DNA of 48,006 nt, from the IMG/VR virus record IMGVR_UViG_2913147268_000002, one strand, 5' to 3'. This DNA is from a virus. Taxonomy: Duplodnaviria; Heunggongvirae; Uroviricota; Caudoviricetes. A model generated the notes under the pieces. It was not told where the DNA came from, searched no databases, and was given only the letters and a program-made list of their open reading frames with translations. A program made the position numbers and the translations under genes. This document shows positions 27,086 through 36,522 of this stretch, in pieces (position 1 is the first letter of the stretch; each line of letters opens with the position of its first letter).

Positions 27086-27357
27086 TGACCCTGCACTCTG
27101 TCCTCATCAATGCCAATGCAATTATTTGTCTGATGTTGGCACTACGGTTGATGTTTTTTCAAAAAACAGGCCGCTATCGTTTTTTCATCTCACTAACTGC
27201 TTACCTCGCGATTCTGTCTGCTGCGTGGATAGCCCTACGAATTTTTTACGGGAAATATACGCAGGTTGATCCCGCAGAGTTCTTTCTCAACCTCACCATC
27301 TGTATTGCTGTCTGGCGGGCACGAGGGAATATTTCAAAAATAACAGGAGACAGGTAA
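27085..27357 (+). CDS. Second small membrane protein of lysis cassette (holin or antiholin-like)
   Basis: 90 aa with 2-3 TM helices; ATGA overlap with the holin. Confidence 0.5.
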   Translation: MTLHSVLINANAIICLMLALRLMFFQKTGRYRFFISLTAYLAILSAAWIALRIFYGKYTQVDPAEFFLNLTICIAVWRARGNISKITGDR

Positions 27358-27836
27358 TGACGGATCCTAAATGGCTAATCGAGGCTCGAAAAAACCTCGG
27401 CATTCGGGAAATGAAAGGGAAGCAACATGCTGCAGAAATTGTGCAGTACTGGAAAGATATCAAACGCGGCGGCATTAAGGATGACGAAACACCGTGGTGC
27501 GCTGCTTTCACCGGGGCAATGCTGGAACGTGCGGGTATTCGCTCAACGCGTTTTGAGTCTGCGAATTCTTATCTCGATTGGGGTAATGAACTGAAGGAAC
27601 CCGCCTATGGATGCATTGCTATTCTGTCTCGGTCTGGCGGTGGTCACGTCGGCTTTGTTGTCGGGAAAAATGCCGCCGGGGATTTAATGATTTTGGGGGG
27701 CAACCAGGCAGATGAAGTAAATATCAAAGCTTTTCCTCGTTCCCGCGTAACAGGCTACCGCTGGCCAGCAGGTCAAACGGATGTTCCACAATCACTTCCA
27801 TTGGTGAATGCTGAGAAATCTATCTCAGAAGCGTAG
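27357..27836 (+). CDS. Putative endolysin (Cys/His peptidase, CHAP or NlpC/P60-like)
   Basis: Conserved Cys (ETPWCAAF) and His (GGGHVGFVVG) in the spacing seen in phage-associated cysteine peptidase lysins; sits between the holins and a lipoprotein. Confidence 0.5.
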   Translation: MTDPKWLIEARKNLGIREMKGKQHAAEIVQYWKDIKRGGIKDDETPWCAAFTGAMLERAGIRSTRFESANSYLDWGNELKEPAYGCIAILSRSGGGHVGFVVGKNAAGDLMILGGNQADEVNIKAFPRSRVTGYRWPAGQTDVPQSLPLVNAEKSISEA

Positions 27837-27843
27837 GTAAAAC

Positions 27844-28038
27844 GTGAAAAAACTTCTCTTAGCTGTCGCGTTCTTCACGCTGGCAGGCTGCACACATTCG
27901 ACATACACCGAAGCGACTCGCGCTGACGGCAGCAGTATTAAACACGTGATGATCGCGCCGGGTACGAAGATTACTACTGCGAACGGTGGTTGTATTGATT
28001 CAACCGGGGCAGAGGCTTCATGCCTTGGTGGAAAATAG
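27844..28038 (+). CDS. Small lipoprotein (possible o-spanin or other lysis accessory)
   Basis: Signal peptide plus lipobox (FFTLAGC), 64 aa, GTG start. Confidence 0.45.
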   Translation: MKKLLLAVAFFTLAGCTHSTYTEATRADGSSIKHVMIAPGTKITTANGGCIDSTGAEASCLGGK

Positions 28039-28059
28039 GGTAATTTACTTTAACGAGAG

Positions 28060-28083
28060 GCCGCCTTTTTGTTTTAAGGCGGC
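28060..28083. terminator. Bidirectional terminator
   Basis: GCCGCCTT-TTTGTTTT-AAGGCGGC between convergent genes. Confidence 0.6.
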
Positions 28084-28097
28084 ACACATTCAACAGA

Positions 28098-28358
28098 TTA
28101 AGGTAACTGATTTGACCATTTTGTTGCGCGCCAGTTGTTCTGAACCATAATCTTCTGAAGTATCTCATCTGAAGGCTCTGCTTCGCCGCTTAGCCATTCT
28201 CTTAAAGTTGAACAATTTAGATAAGAGGAGTTCGCACGATAAAAAGATACGATGGCGTCCTCTGATAACTTCTCAGGAAACTTTTTTGGGTCAGCTTCTT
28301 TTAATATTACGCTCATTAAGGCTTCAATTTTTTCTCTGTTCATTTTTTGCGTTCTCAT
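28098..28358 (-). CDS. Hypothetical protein (86 aa), opposite orientation to the late operon
   Basis: ORF convergent with the lysis cassette; possible moron. Confidence 0.35.
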   Translation of the reverse strand: MRTQKMNREKIEALMSVILKEADPKKFPEKLSEDAIVSFYRANSSYLNCSTLREWLSGEAEPSDEILQKIMVQNNWRATKWSNQLP

Positions 28359-28627
28359 GGTTGTTGTTTTTCTGTAATGATATCAATAAGTTCAAGATAT
28401 ATACATATATGGAAAACTTGTTCGGTAGTCTATCGATACAGCACAAAAGGATGGCTCGCTGCCAAAGTGAAAGCTTACGCTGATAATCAGATACACAAAG
28501 CTGATGTATGCAAACAAGTACGCCGCGAGGCTACAGTTGAGTTTGATGAACCTGATGCGAGCCCCTAATTCCTGTCCTGAAAGGGAGATAGCCCCCTGGT
28601 CGCGGGTCCTTTCCGAAATCCAAAACA

Positions 28628-28700
28628 CCGAGGGTCGGTAGACGCGCAAAAACTCGCTCGTTTTTAGTATTTTTTCATTTTGGGTATTTCCGGTTCCGGT
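28628..28700 (+). promoter_or_regulatory. cos-like packaging site (candidate cosN/cosB)
   Basis: GGGTCGGTAGACGCGCAAAAACTCGCTCGTTTTTAGTATTTTTTCATTTTGGGTATTTCCGGTT resembles the lambda cos region immediately upstream of the small terminase gene. Confidence 0.35.
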
Positions 28701-28711
28701 GAGGATTTTTA

Positions 28712-29278
28712 ATGGCAAGTCAGGCTGAGGTTGCAGCACATTTACTGCTATCTGATCGTCGTCTGCGCGATCTCGCAAAACTTCCGGGAGCACCAGTCCC
28801 ACAAGGACGTGGTGATTGGGAGCTAGACGCATGGCGCCATTTTTATATTCGTTATCTCCGGAGCAATAGACGCGACACAACTAGTAATGACGAACCGGAA
28901 GCGGGGGACAATTCTCCCGAAAAAAATCGCGAGCAGTGGCTGAAAAATGAGGAACGACAGGAGCGAATCCTGATGGCACGAGTAAAACGCCGCATTCTCG
29001 CTAAACGCTACGCGCCAATTGAATTAATTAGCGTCGCTGTATCTCGCGTCGCCGTTGAATTACGTACCCGCGTCGAGTCGTGGCCACCACGCCTGAAAAA
29101 GGTCTGGCCGGAGATGCCGCAAGAGGCGAGCAGTGTATTACGAGAGGAGCTGGCGATAGCCTTAAATGAGTTGTCAGACATACGAATCGACTTCAGCGAT
29201 TACGATGTCAGCGATATCGAACGCGATCTCGACAGGGTTGAATCCCTTGCGCGTGACGATACCGATGACGGGTGTTGA
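28712..29278 (+). CDS. Terminase small subunit (putative)
   Basis: 188 aa immediately upstream of and overlapping the large terminase; acidic C-terminus. Confidence 0.55.
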   Translation: MASQAEVAAHLLLSDRRLRDLAKLPGAPVPQGRGDWELDAWRHFYIRYLRSNRRDTTSNDEPEAGDNSPEKNREQWLKNEERQERILMARVKRRILAKRYAPIELISVAVSRVAVELRTRVESWPPRLKKVWPEMPQEASSVLREELAIALNELSDIRIDFSDYDVSDIERDLDRVESLARDDTDDGC

Positions 29279-31127
29279 GTGGGCTGATAAATATTTTTAT
29301 CTCCCTGAGGGCTCCAGCCACATCGCTGGGCACTGGACGACTCAGCCGGTCCAGGTAGTGATGCTCAATATGATGACGAACGACGCGATAAAAATCGTGT
29401 CTGTTCGCAAATCAGCTCGTCTCGGTTATACAAAAATACTCGTCGCGGCGCTGCTCTATTTCGCTGAGCACAAAAAACGTAGTGCCGTGGTCTATCAGCC
29501 TATCGATGACGAATCGGATGGATTTGTCGCCGACGAGGTTGACCCCGCTATCGCCGAAATGCCAGTGATTCAGAAAATTTTCCCCGACTGGGATAAAAGC
29601 AACGAGCGTAACAATCTCCAGCGTAAAGAAATGAGCGGCGCGATTCTTGATTTTCGCGGCGCGAGTGCACCAGGAAATTTCCGGCGACTAACGAAACAGG
29701 TTGTCGAGGGTGACGAAGTTGACGGCTGGCCGCTGGAAGTTGCCAAAAAAGGCAAAGGCGAGGGCTCGCCCATCGAACTGGCGCTCGTTCGAATTAAAGG
29801 GGCAGCGTACCCGAAGGCGATTTTTGGTTCGACGCCGACCGTTACCGGCAAAAGTCATATCGAAATGCTCGAAGACGCTGCCGATCTGACGTTTCGTTTT
29901 TACCTGACATGTCCGCATTGTGGCGAGGAGCAGGTCCTGGTATTTGGTTTCGACGGTATCGAATACGGCCTCAAATGGGATAACAGCCTGCAGACCAATG
30001 AGGCGAAATCGTCGTCCGCGTATTACCAGTGCTGCCACTGCCCGGAACATTTTTACTATCGCGATCTCGAAAAAATGGAGTTCGGGGGGCGCTGGATAGC
30101 CGAGGACTGCACCTGGACCCGAGACGGCATTCATTTTTTTGATCATGACGGTGGCGTCGTTCGCGCGCCGAAACACGCTGCGATCGTGATAAACGCCCTG
30201 TATTCACTAAACCTCGATGGATGGGGCGAGATTGTCAGCGAGTGGCTGAAAGCGAAAGGCGACCCGCTCAAGGAAAAGACGTTTCATAACACGACGCTCG
30301 GCGAACTCTGGAGCGACGTGGCCAGCGAGCAGCTGGAGCACGATATTCTGGTTAATCGCCGGGAAAAATACGCCAGCCAGGTTCCTGACGGTGTTGTTTA
30401 TATAACCGGCGGCATCGACTCTCAGACGTCCGGGCGCTACGAGTGTTATGTGTGGGGCTGGGGAGCCGAGGAGGAGTGCTGGCTGATTGATAAAACAATC
30501 GTCCTCGGTCGCTACGACGAGGAGGACACGCTGCAGCGCGTCGACGGAGTGATTCGCAAACAATACCGGCGCAGCGACGGGACCACAATCGGCGTCAGTC
30601 GCTGGGCGTGGGATACCGGTGGTATAGATGCGCAGGTCGTTTATAACCGCTCGCTGAAACTCGGTCCGCTGTGGGTCATTCCAATCAAGGGCGCGAGCTC
30701 ATACGGCCAGCCGGTCGTAAATATGCCTCGTACCCGTAACGCGAATAAAGTGTATTTGTCGTTGATTGGGACAGATACAGCGAAAGACCTGCTCGCAATG
30801 CGCCTGCAGCTGGAACCCGACTCCAAATCGGCGACACCAGGTGCGATTCATTTTCCCAACGACGACGAAATATTCAGCACGACAGAGGCAAAACAGCTCG
30901 TCTCCGAGGTTCTGATCCCGAAACTCATTAACGGTCGCGTCGTTTATCGTTGGGACAACCAGGGCCGGCGAAATGAGGCGCTCGACTGCTGGGTGTACGG
31001 ACTGGCAGCGCTGCGTATCAGTAAAATTCGTTTCCAGCTCAATCTCGAGACGCTCGCTGAGCAACGGAAAAAATCACAAAACAAACTGTCTCTCGAGGAG
31101 ATGGCCAGAATGCTCGGAGGGAGCTAA
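29166..31127 (+). CDS. Terminase large subunit (lambda gpA-like)
   Basis: VEWADKYFYLPEGSSH, CPHCGEEQ, GIDSQ and KGASSYGQPV align with lambda gpA landmarks; start ambiguous (29166, 29205 or 29262). Confidence 0.9.
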   Translation: MSCQTYESTSAITMSAISNAISTGLNPLRVTIPMTGVEWADKYFYLPEGSSHIAGHWTTQPVQVVMLNMMTNDAIKIVSVRKSARLGYTKILVAALLYFAEHKKRSAVVYQPIDDESDGFVADEVDPAIAEMPVIQKIFPDWDKSNERNNLQRKEMSGAILDFRGASAPGNFRRLTKQVVEGDEVDGWPLEVAKKGKGEGSPIELALVRIKGAAYPKAIFGSTPTVTGKSHIEMLEDAADLTFRFYLTCPHCGEEQVLVFGFDGIEYGLKWDNSLQTNEAKSSSAYYQCCHCPEHFYYRDLEKMEFGGRWIAEDCTWTRDGIHFFDHDGGVVRAPKHAAIVINALYSLNLDGWGEIVSEWLKAKGDPLKEKTFHNTTLGELWSDVASEQLEHDILVNRREKYASQVPDGVVYITGGIDSQTSGRYECYVWGWGAEEECWLIDKTIVLGRYDEEDTLQRVDGVIRKQYRRSDGTTIGVSRWAWDTGGIDAQVVYNRSLKLGPLWVIPIKGASSYGQPVVNMPRTRNANKVYLSLIGTDTAKDLLAMRLQLEPDSKSATPGAIHFPNDDEIFSTTEAKQLVSEVLIPKLINGRVVYRWDNQGRRNEALDCWVYGLAALRISKIRFQLNLETLAEQRKKSQNKLSLEEMARMLGGS

Positions 31128-31360
31128 TGACGTCGCGCGAGGTTTTAACAGAACGACTGCTGGAAGCGGAAATCGCTCTGCACAAATTATTAACGGGTAA
31201 ATCGACCGTGTCGCTGTCTCACGGCGATTCAGCAGGAAATAACCGGAGCTATCAATACTCGCAGGCGAGTATTGAGCAGCTCCGAACGTACATTATCGAG
31301 CTGAAATCACAGCTCGGTCTGAGTACGGGACGCCGTCGGCCCGTGGGAGTTCGATTATGA
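31127..31360 (+). CDS. Head-tail joining protein gpW-like
   Basis: 77 aa; pattern resembles lambda gpW; RBS GGAGGGAG. Confidence 0.7.
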   Translation: MTSREVLTERLLEAEIALHKLLTGKSTVSLSHGDSAGNNRSYQYSQASIEQLRTYIIELKSQLGLSTGRRRPVGVRL

Positions 31361-32931
31361 CTGCTCCGCAGCAGCTGCTCGGGCCTGACGGTAAAACGCC
31401 ACTACGCCGTTACGCGGGGTATAACGGCGGCGGTCCCGGTTTCGGTGGCCAGCTGATTGACTGGAACGCACCACAGCAGAGCGCCGACGCAGCACTGTTG
31501 CCGAATTTTTATCGCGGTAACGCGCGAGCAGACGATCTCGTTCGCAATAACGGCGTCGCGTCGAACGCCGTGCAGCTGCACCAGGATCATATCGTCGGCA
31601 ATCTGTTTAAGTTGAGTTATCGCCCTAACTGGCGTTACCTCGGCATATCTCGCGAGGACGCCAGGGCGCTGGCGCGTGACGTCGAGGTAGCGTGGACTGA
31701 ATACGCCGAGGACCCTCACTGCACGATTGATATCGAGCGGAAACGGACGTTCACAATGATGATCCGCGAGGGCGTGGCTACTCACGCTTTCAACGGTGAA
31801 ACCTGCGTACAACCAGTCTGGGAGAGTAGTGCCGGCAGCGTTTTTCGGACGCGATTCAAAATGGTCTCACCGAAACGGATTCGAAATCCGGGTTACGCAG
31901 CTGACACTCAATTTCGCCGCGCCGGTGTTGATATCGATAAAAACGGGGCCGCGGTCGGGTACTGGATAGCCGAGGATACTTACCCTCTCGGCGGAGTCGG
32001 TAAATGCCGGCGTATCCCAGCACAGCTCAGCAGCGGCAGACACGCATTCATCCACATATTCGAGCCGCTCGAGGACGGACAGACCCGCGGGGACAATATT
32101 TTTTACAGCGTCATGGAGCGCCTGAAAATGCTCGACACACTGCAGCAAACACAACTGCAGAGCGCCATTGTGAAGGCGATGTATGCCGCGACAATCGAAT
32201 CAGAGCTCGACAGCCAGCAGGCGTTTGAATATATCGCCGGCGCGGGTACTGATATCGACTCGAACCCGCTGAATTCGTTTATTCAGAGTTACGTGACGTA
32301 CTACAACGGCGCAAATATCAAGCTCGGTGGTGTGAAAGTTCCCCACCTGCATCCCGGCGACAAACTCAGTTTACAGACCGCTCAGAATGCTGATGCTGGT
32401 TTTAGTTCACTGGAAAAATCACTCCTGCGTTACGTTGCAGCTGGCGTTGGCGCGTCATACGAAGAACTTAGCCGGGACTACAGCCAGGTCAGTTACTCCA
32501 GCGCCCGGGCCAGTGCTAACGTCAGCTGGCGATTTTTCATGGGGCGTCGACGTTTTATCGCCGCGCGACAGGCGTCGCTGATGTTCTGCTGCTGGTTTGA
32601 AGAGGCGCTGGCACGCGGAATTATCACCCTGCCACGCTCAGCTGTCCGGTCGTTTTATGAGGCGCGGAACTCCTGGACGAACGCGCTCTGGATCGGCGCT
32701 GGTCGCATGGCGATTGATGGGCTGAAAGAGGTTCAGGAGAGCGCCATGCGCATCACAACTGGCCTCAGCACGTATCAGAACGAACTGGCGCTGCAGGGAC
32801 AGGATTACGAGGAGGTTATGGAGCAGCAGGAATACGAAATTCAGCGCCGGCGTGAAATGGGGCTGAGCGAACCGTCATGGTCTGTATCTCACCCCTCAAA
32901 TACCAACGATAACGGCTGGGGAGGTAACTGA
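31357..32931 (+). CDS. Portal protein (lambda gpB-like)
   Basis: 524 aa directly after W, lambda gene order; ATGA overlap upstream. Confidence 0.9.
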   Translation: MTAPQQLLGPDGKTPLRRYAGYNGGGPGFGGQLIDWNAPQQSADAALLPNFYRGNARADDLVRNNGVASNAVQLHQDHIVGNLFKLSYRPNWRYLGISREDARALARDVEVAWTEYAEDPHCTIDIERKRTFTMMIREGVATHAFNGETCVQPVWESSAGSVFRTRFKMVSPKRIRNPGYAADTQFRRAGVDIDKNGAAVGYWIAEDTYPLGGVGKCRRIPAQLSSGRHAFIHIFEPLEDGQTRGDNIFYSVMERLKMLDTLQQTQLQSAIVKAMYAATIESELDSQQAFEYIAGAGTDIDSNPLNSFIQSYVTYYNGANIKLGGVKVPHLHPGDKLSLQTAQNADAGFSSLEKSLLRYVAAGVGASYEELSRDYSQVSYSSARASANVSWRFFMGRRRFIAARQASLMFCCWFEEALARGIITLPRSAVRSFYEARNSWTNALWIGAGRMAIDGLKEVQESAMRITTGLSTYQNELALQGQDYEEVMEQQEYEIQRRREMGLSEPSWSVSHPSNTNDNGWGGN

Positions 32932-34238
32932 TGCCGTGGAACAATTTTCCGCACCTCGCCGCCAGGGCGTTCAATCAACCGCTTTTGCTGGAGCCCACCT
33001 ACGCGCGGGTATTTTTTTCGGCGCTGAGCGACCGGTTCGGTACCGGGCGACTGATTGATACAGCGTCTGGAGAGGTAATGAACAGCGACGAAATGAACGC
33101 GCTCGCGATGGGGTGGGACAGCAGCGAGCGAACACGCCAGAAATCGTATCGCGTGGAGCGTGGTATAGCCGTTCTGCCGGTTACCGGGACGCTGGTTCAT
33201 AAATTGGGTTATATCAACCCAGTTAGCGGGATGAGCGGTTACAACGGAATCGCAAAACGCCTGCAGCAGGCGATTTCTGATCCCGATGTAAGAGGGGTCC
33301 TGCTTGATATTGACTCCCCTGGCGGTGAAGTCGCCGGCGCGTTTGATACTGCTGATTTAATCGCCCGGGCGCGAGAGCAAAAACCTGTGTGGGCGCTGGC
33401 CAGCGATACGGCCTGCAGCGCTGCCTATTTGCTGGCGTCAGCGTGTTCGCGCCGGCTGATAACGCAGACAGGCACAGTTGGTTCAATCGGTGTCCTGATG
33501 GCTCACCGCTGCGTCGAAAAAGCGCTGGAGATTGCTGGCGTCGACGTGACGCTGATTTACGCCGGCGCGCACAAAGTTGACGGGAACCCGTATTCCCAGC
33601 TGCCAGGCGACGTTCGCGACGAATTCCAGCTGAGTATTAACAGCACGCGCGAGCAGTTCGCGCAAAAAGTCTCGGATTATACCGGGCTGAAAAAATCCAG
33701 GGTGCTGGCCACGGAAGCTGCAGTATTTATCGGCGCGGACGCGATTAAATCTGGTCTCGCTGATCAACTCGTTAATTACGCGGACGCTATCGCAGTGATG
33801 GCCGACGCACTGAAACCAAAAATGGAGCGCTTTATGTCTGGTACAGAAACCACGGCGGAGACCACGACCACAGAACAAACCGCGACCACGACTACTGTCG
33901 CGCAGGTTGAGTTTAACACGGAGCAGATTCGCGCGGACGCCGCATCAAGCGAACTGGCGCGTGTGATGGCCATCATCAATTGTCCCGAAGCTGTTGGGCG
34001 CGAGGCGCAGGCAAAAGCGCTCGCTGGCGTCCCCGGGATGACGGTCGGGCAGGCGCAGGTAGTCCTCGCTGCAGCACCTAAAACGGCGCAGGCGCGGACA
34101 GAAACGGCGCTCGATACACTAATGAGCACTGAATCACCAGCGACTATTCAGGATGCTGGCAGTACTACGGCAACAGGAACAACCGCAAACGTCTCGATGC
34201 TGGTTGCTGCAGGGCGTTCAATTTTAGGGGATGAATAA
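32931..34238 (+). CDS. Head maturation protease / scaffold (lambda gpC-like, S49 family)
   Basis: IAVLPVTGTL, YNGIAKRLQQA, PVWALASDTACSAAYLLASACSRRL and IYAGAHKVDGNPYSQLP match lambda gpC closely. Confidence 0.9.
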   Translation: MPWNNFPHLAARAFNQPLLLEPTYARVFFSALSDRFGTGRLIDTASGEVMNSDEMNALAMGWDSSERTRQKSYRVERGIAVLPVTGTLVHKLGYINPVSGMSGYNGIAKRLQQAISDPDVRGVLLDIDSPGGEVAGAFDTADLIARAREQKPVWALASDTACSAAYLLASACSRRLITQTGTVGSIGVLMAHRCVEKALEIAGVDVTLIYAGAHKVDGNPYSQLPGDVRDEFQLSINSTREQFAQKVSDYTGLKKSRVLATEAAVFIGADAIKSGLADQLVNYADAIAVMADALKPKMERFMSGTETTAETTTTEQTATTTTVAQVEFNTEQIRADAASSELARVMAIINCPEAVGREAQAKALAGVPGMTVGQAQVVLAAAPKTAQARTETALDTLMSTESPATIQDAGSTTATGTTANVSMLVAAGRSILGDE

Positions 34239-34567
34239 TGACTACAGAAACGTATAGCCCGGACGATTTTATTCTTGGGCCTGACCTTGTTGTCACGACC
34301 GTCGGTCATTTTCAGGGCGGGATCAACGTACCCCGGCTGACACCGATTATGCTCGACGCTACTGTCGGGACGTTTAAGGTTTGGGACGGCTCAGTCGGTA
34401 AAGCTATTGGCCTCACTGCCACCGCAGTTAATACTGGCTCCAGTTCTGCAGACTGCTCGTACTATAAATCAGGCTCGTTCCGTTACACGGCGATTAACTG
34501 GGGTACGGTTACCGACGTAGCTAAACGCAAATCAGCATTTGCGGGTACGCCGATCAGCGTCGGCTGA
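34238..34567 (+). CDS. Head decoration protein (lambda gpD-like)
   Basis: 109 aa; PIMLDATVGTFKVWDG and YYKSGSFRYTAINW...KRKSAFAGTPISVG parallel lambda gpD. Confidence 0.8.
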   Translation: MTTETYSPDDFILGPDLVVTTVGHFQGGINVPRLTPIMLDATVGTFKVWDGSVGKAIGLTATAVNTGSSSADCSYYKSGSFRYTAINWGTVTDVAKRKSAFAGTPISVG

Positions 34568-34587
34568 TAGCAAAAAACTCAAAACAA

Positions 34588-34610
34588 GCCGCCTCCGGGC
34601 GGTTTTTTTA
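34588..34610 (+). terminator. Hairpin plus T-tract between decoration and major capsid genes
   Basis: CCGCC-TCCG-GGCGG followed by TTTTTTT. Confidence 0.55.
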
Positions 34611-34625
34611 TAACAGGATATATAA

Positions 34626-35660
34626 ATGAGCGATTCGTTTACTACGTCAGAACTGATTACCGCGACACAGCAGGTATTTAAGTTCAATCCGTTGTTTTTA
34701 AAGCTGTTTTTCCGTGAGACCTACACGTTTACGAGCGAAGAGGTTTTTCTGGATAAAATCCCGGGAAAAGTGAACATGGCCGTGTACTGCGCGCCGATGA
34801 TCACCGGCAAAGTTGACCGCACTCGCGGCTATTCAACGAACCATTTCAAACCGGGTTACACGAAACCCAAGCACACGATCAATCCGAATATGAGCATCAA
34901 GCGCGCAGCCGGTGAGCAGATTGGCCAGCCGGAAACGCCGGTCGAACGTCGTGCAAAAATCATCATGCAGAACCTGCTTGATGAGGAACTGAGCATCAGC
35001 CAGCTCGAAGAGTTCCAGGCGGTACAGGCTGTTCTGTACGGTAAATACACTGTTTCCGGCAGCAATATCGAGACCTATGAGATCGACATGAGCCGCAGCG
35101 CGACGAATAACGTCACTCAGTCCGGTTCGACAGCCTGGTCGACTCAGGACGCGGAAACGTATGACCCGAGCGACGATATTGAATCCTACGCGGACCTCGC
35201 CTCCGGTGCGGTTAACGTGATCATCATGGATGGTAAAGCCTGGAAGCAGTTGAAGCGTTTTAAAAAATTCTGGACGGCACTGGATACGCGCCGTGGCTCA
35301 AACAGCCAGCTCGAGGTCGCGCTGAAAAACCTGGGCGACGTTGTCAGCTTTAAAGGCTACTACGGCGACACTGCGCTGTTTGTCTACAAAGGGCAATACC
35401 TCGACCCGGTAACAGACACTGAAACGCGTTATATGCCGGATAACACGATGATCCTTGGCAACACAAAAAACCGCGGGCTCCGCACTTATGGCGCAATTCA
35501 GGACGAAGACGCGCTGAAAGAGGGTATTTCCGAAGCGACGCGCTATCCAAAAGTCTGGACCACTACCGGTGATCCGGCAGTGACGCAAACAATGACGCAA
35601 TCCGCGCCAGCAATGGTCCTCACGGACGCCGACGCGTTCGTTGTCGTAAAAATCGCGTAA
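34626..35660 (+). CDS. Major capsid protein (lambda gpE-like)
   Basis: 344 aa; KFNPLFLKLFFRE, GYTKPKH, IIMQNLLDEEL, LDTRRGSNS, PDNTMILGNTKNRGLRTYG and YPKVWTTTGDPA are collinear with lambda gpE. Confidence 0.92.
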   Translation: MSDSFTTSELITATQQVFKFNPLFLKLFFRETYTFTSEEVFLDKIPGKVNMAVYCAPMITGKVDRTRGYSTNHFKPGYTKPKHTINPNMSIKRAAGEQIGQPETPVERRAKIIMQNLLDEELSISQLEEFQAVQAVLYGKYTVSGSNIETYEIDMSRSATNNVTQSGSTAWSTQDAETYDPSDDIESYADLASGAVNVIIMDGKAWKQLKRFKKFWTALDTRRGSNSQLEVALKNLGDVVSFKGYYGDTALFVYKGQYLDPVTDTETRYMPDNTMILGNTKNRGLRTYGAIQDEDALKEGISEATRYPKVWTTTGDPAVTQTMTQSAPAMVLTDADAFVVVKIA

Positions 35661-35694
35661 GAGTCGAAAGGCTCTTTTTTGTTAAGGAATCAAC

Positions 35695-36114
35695 ATGAGC
35701 ACAAAAACAGAATTGCTGGCGCGTATTGACGATCTGAGCGCTCAGCTCGGTCGCGAATTACCGCGCAGCGGGACTATTGCGGAACTGGAATCAATCGTTG
35801 CCGGCGCTGAGTCAGAGCTCGATATTCTGAACGAGCAATCCGGTGACGCGGGAGGCATCGAGATTACAGTGAATACTGCGTCCGGGACCGATAATGAACT
35901 CGCTCAATCAATCGCGAGCGCTATCGTTTCACAGTCACAAGAGCAGGAGCTCGCACCGGCTACGCGCCGCGTCAAGTTGCGTAACACGCTGGACGTTTAT
36001 CACTACGTGAACGGGCGTCGCGTTCGCGAGATTGTTGCCGCAGGCCGTGAAATTGTTGTTGATTCACCGGAGGTCGCAGACCTTATCGCAGCTGATCACG
36101 TTTACGCTCTATGA
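35695..36114 (+). CDS. DNA packaging protein gpFI-like
   Basis: 139 aa in the gpFI position with a weakly similar N-terminus. Confidence 0.5.
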   Translation: MSTKTELLARIDDLSAQLGRELPRSGTIAELESIVAGAESELDILNEQSGDAGGIEITVNTASGTDNELAQSIASAIVSQSQEQELAPATRRVKLRNTLDVYHYVNGRRVREIVAAGREIVVDSPEVADLIAADHVYAL

Positions 36115-36491
36115 GCTACTACGATGACCTCCGGGCCGGCGACGAGGAGATGATCCGTGAGTGGGGACGGCCCGTTAAATTACGCGGTAAAACCGACCCC
36201 ATTATCGCTATTTTCAACGAGCCTTACGCGCGCGTTGACGTTCCTCACGCTGGTTTTATTACCGGTACAGTAACGAGCCTGACGGCGCTCTCGGACGACG
36301 TCGCTGGCGTTGTTGCGCGTGACGTCGTCCAGGTTCCAAAGCAGCGCAGCATCGAACCTGACGGCTCTGTTACCTGGTCTGGCTGGACCGATTACGTGGT
36401 TAAAGAGCCTCAACCTGATGGCACAGGGCTCACGAATATTTTTTTAGAGCCTCACACGTCCAGCGAAAACAGCGAGTATTCAAAATACTAA
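36111..36491 (+). CDS. Head-tail connector, gpFII-like (putative)
   Basis: 126 aa in the gpFII position; followed by perfect hairpin AAGTGGGAC-CTCG-GTCCCACTT. Confidence 0.45.
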   Translation: MSYYDDLRAGDEEMIREWGRPVKLRGKTDPIIAIFNEPYARVDVPHAGFITGTVTSLTALSDDVAGVVARDVVQVPKQRSIEPDGSVTWSGWTDYVVKEPQPDGTGLTNIFLEPHTSSENSEYSKY

Positions 36492-36522
36492 GTGGGACCT
36501 CGGTCCCACTTAAGGGGGAACC

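Noticed and set aside
28392-28880. 162-aa minus-strand ORF
   Set aside because: Spans the cos-like region and the start of the small terminase gene in antisense; no RBS.
29570-30588. Several 60-160-aa minus-strand ORFs
   Set aside because: All lie antisense within the large terminase gene.
33483-34129. Minus-strand ORFs of 131 and 117 aa
   Set aside because: Antisense to the strongly supported gpC protease/scaffold gene; GC-rich frame artefacts.
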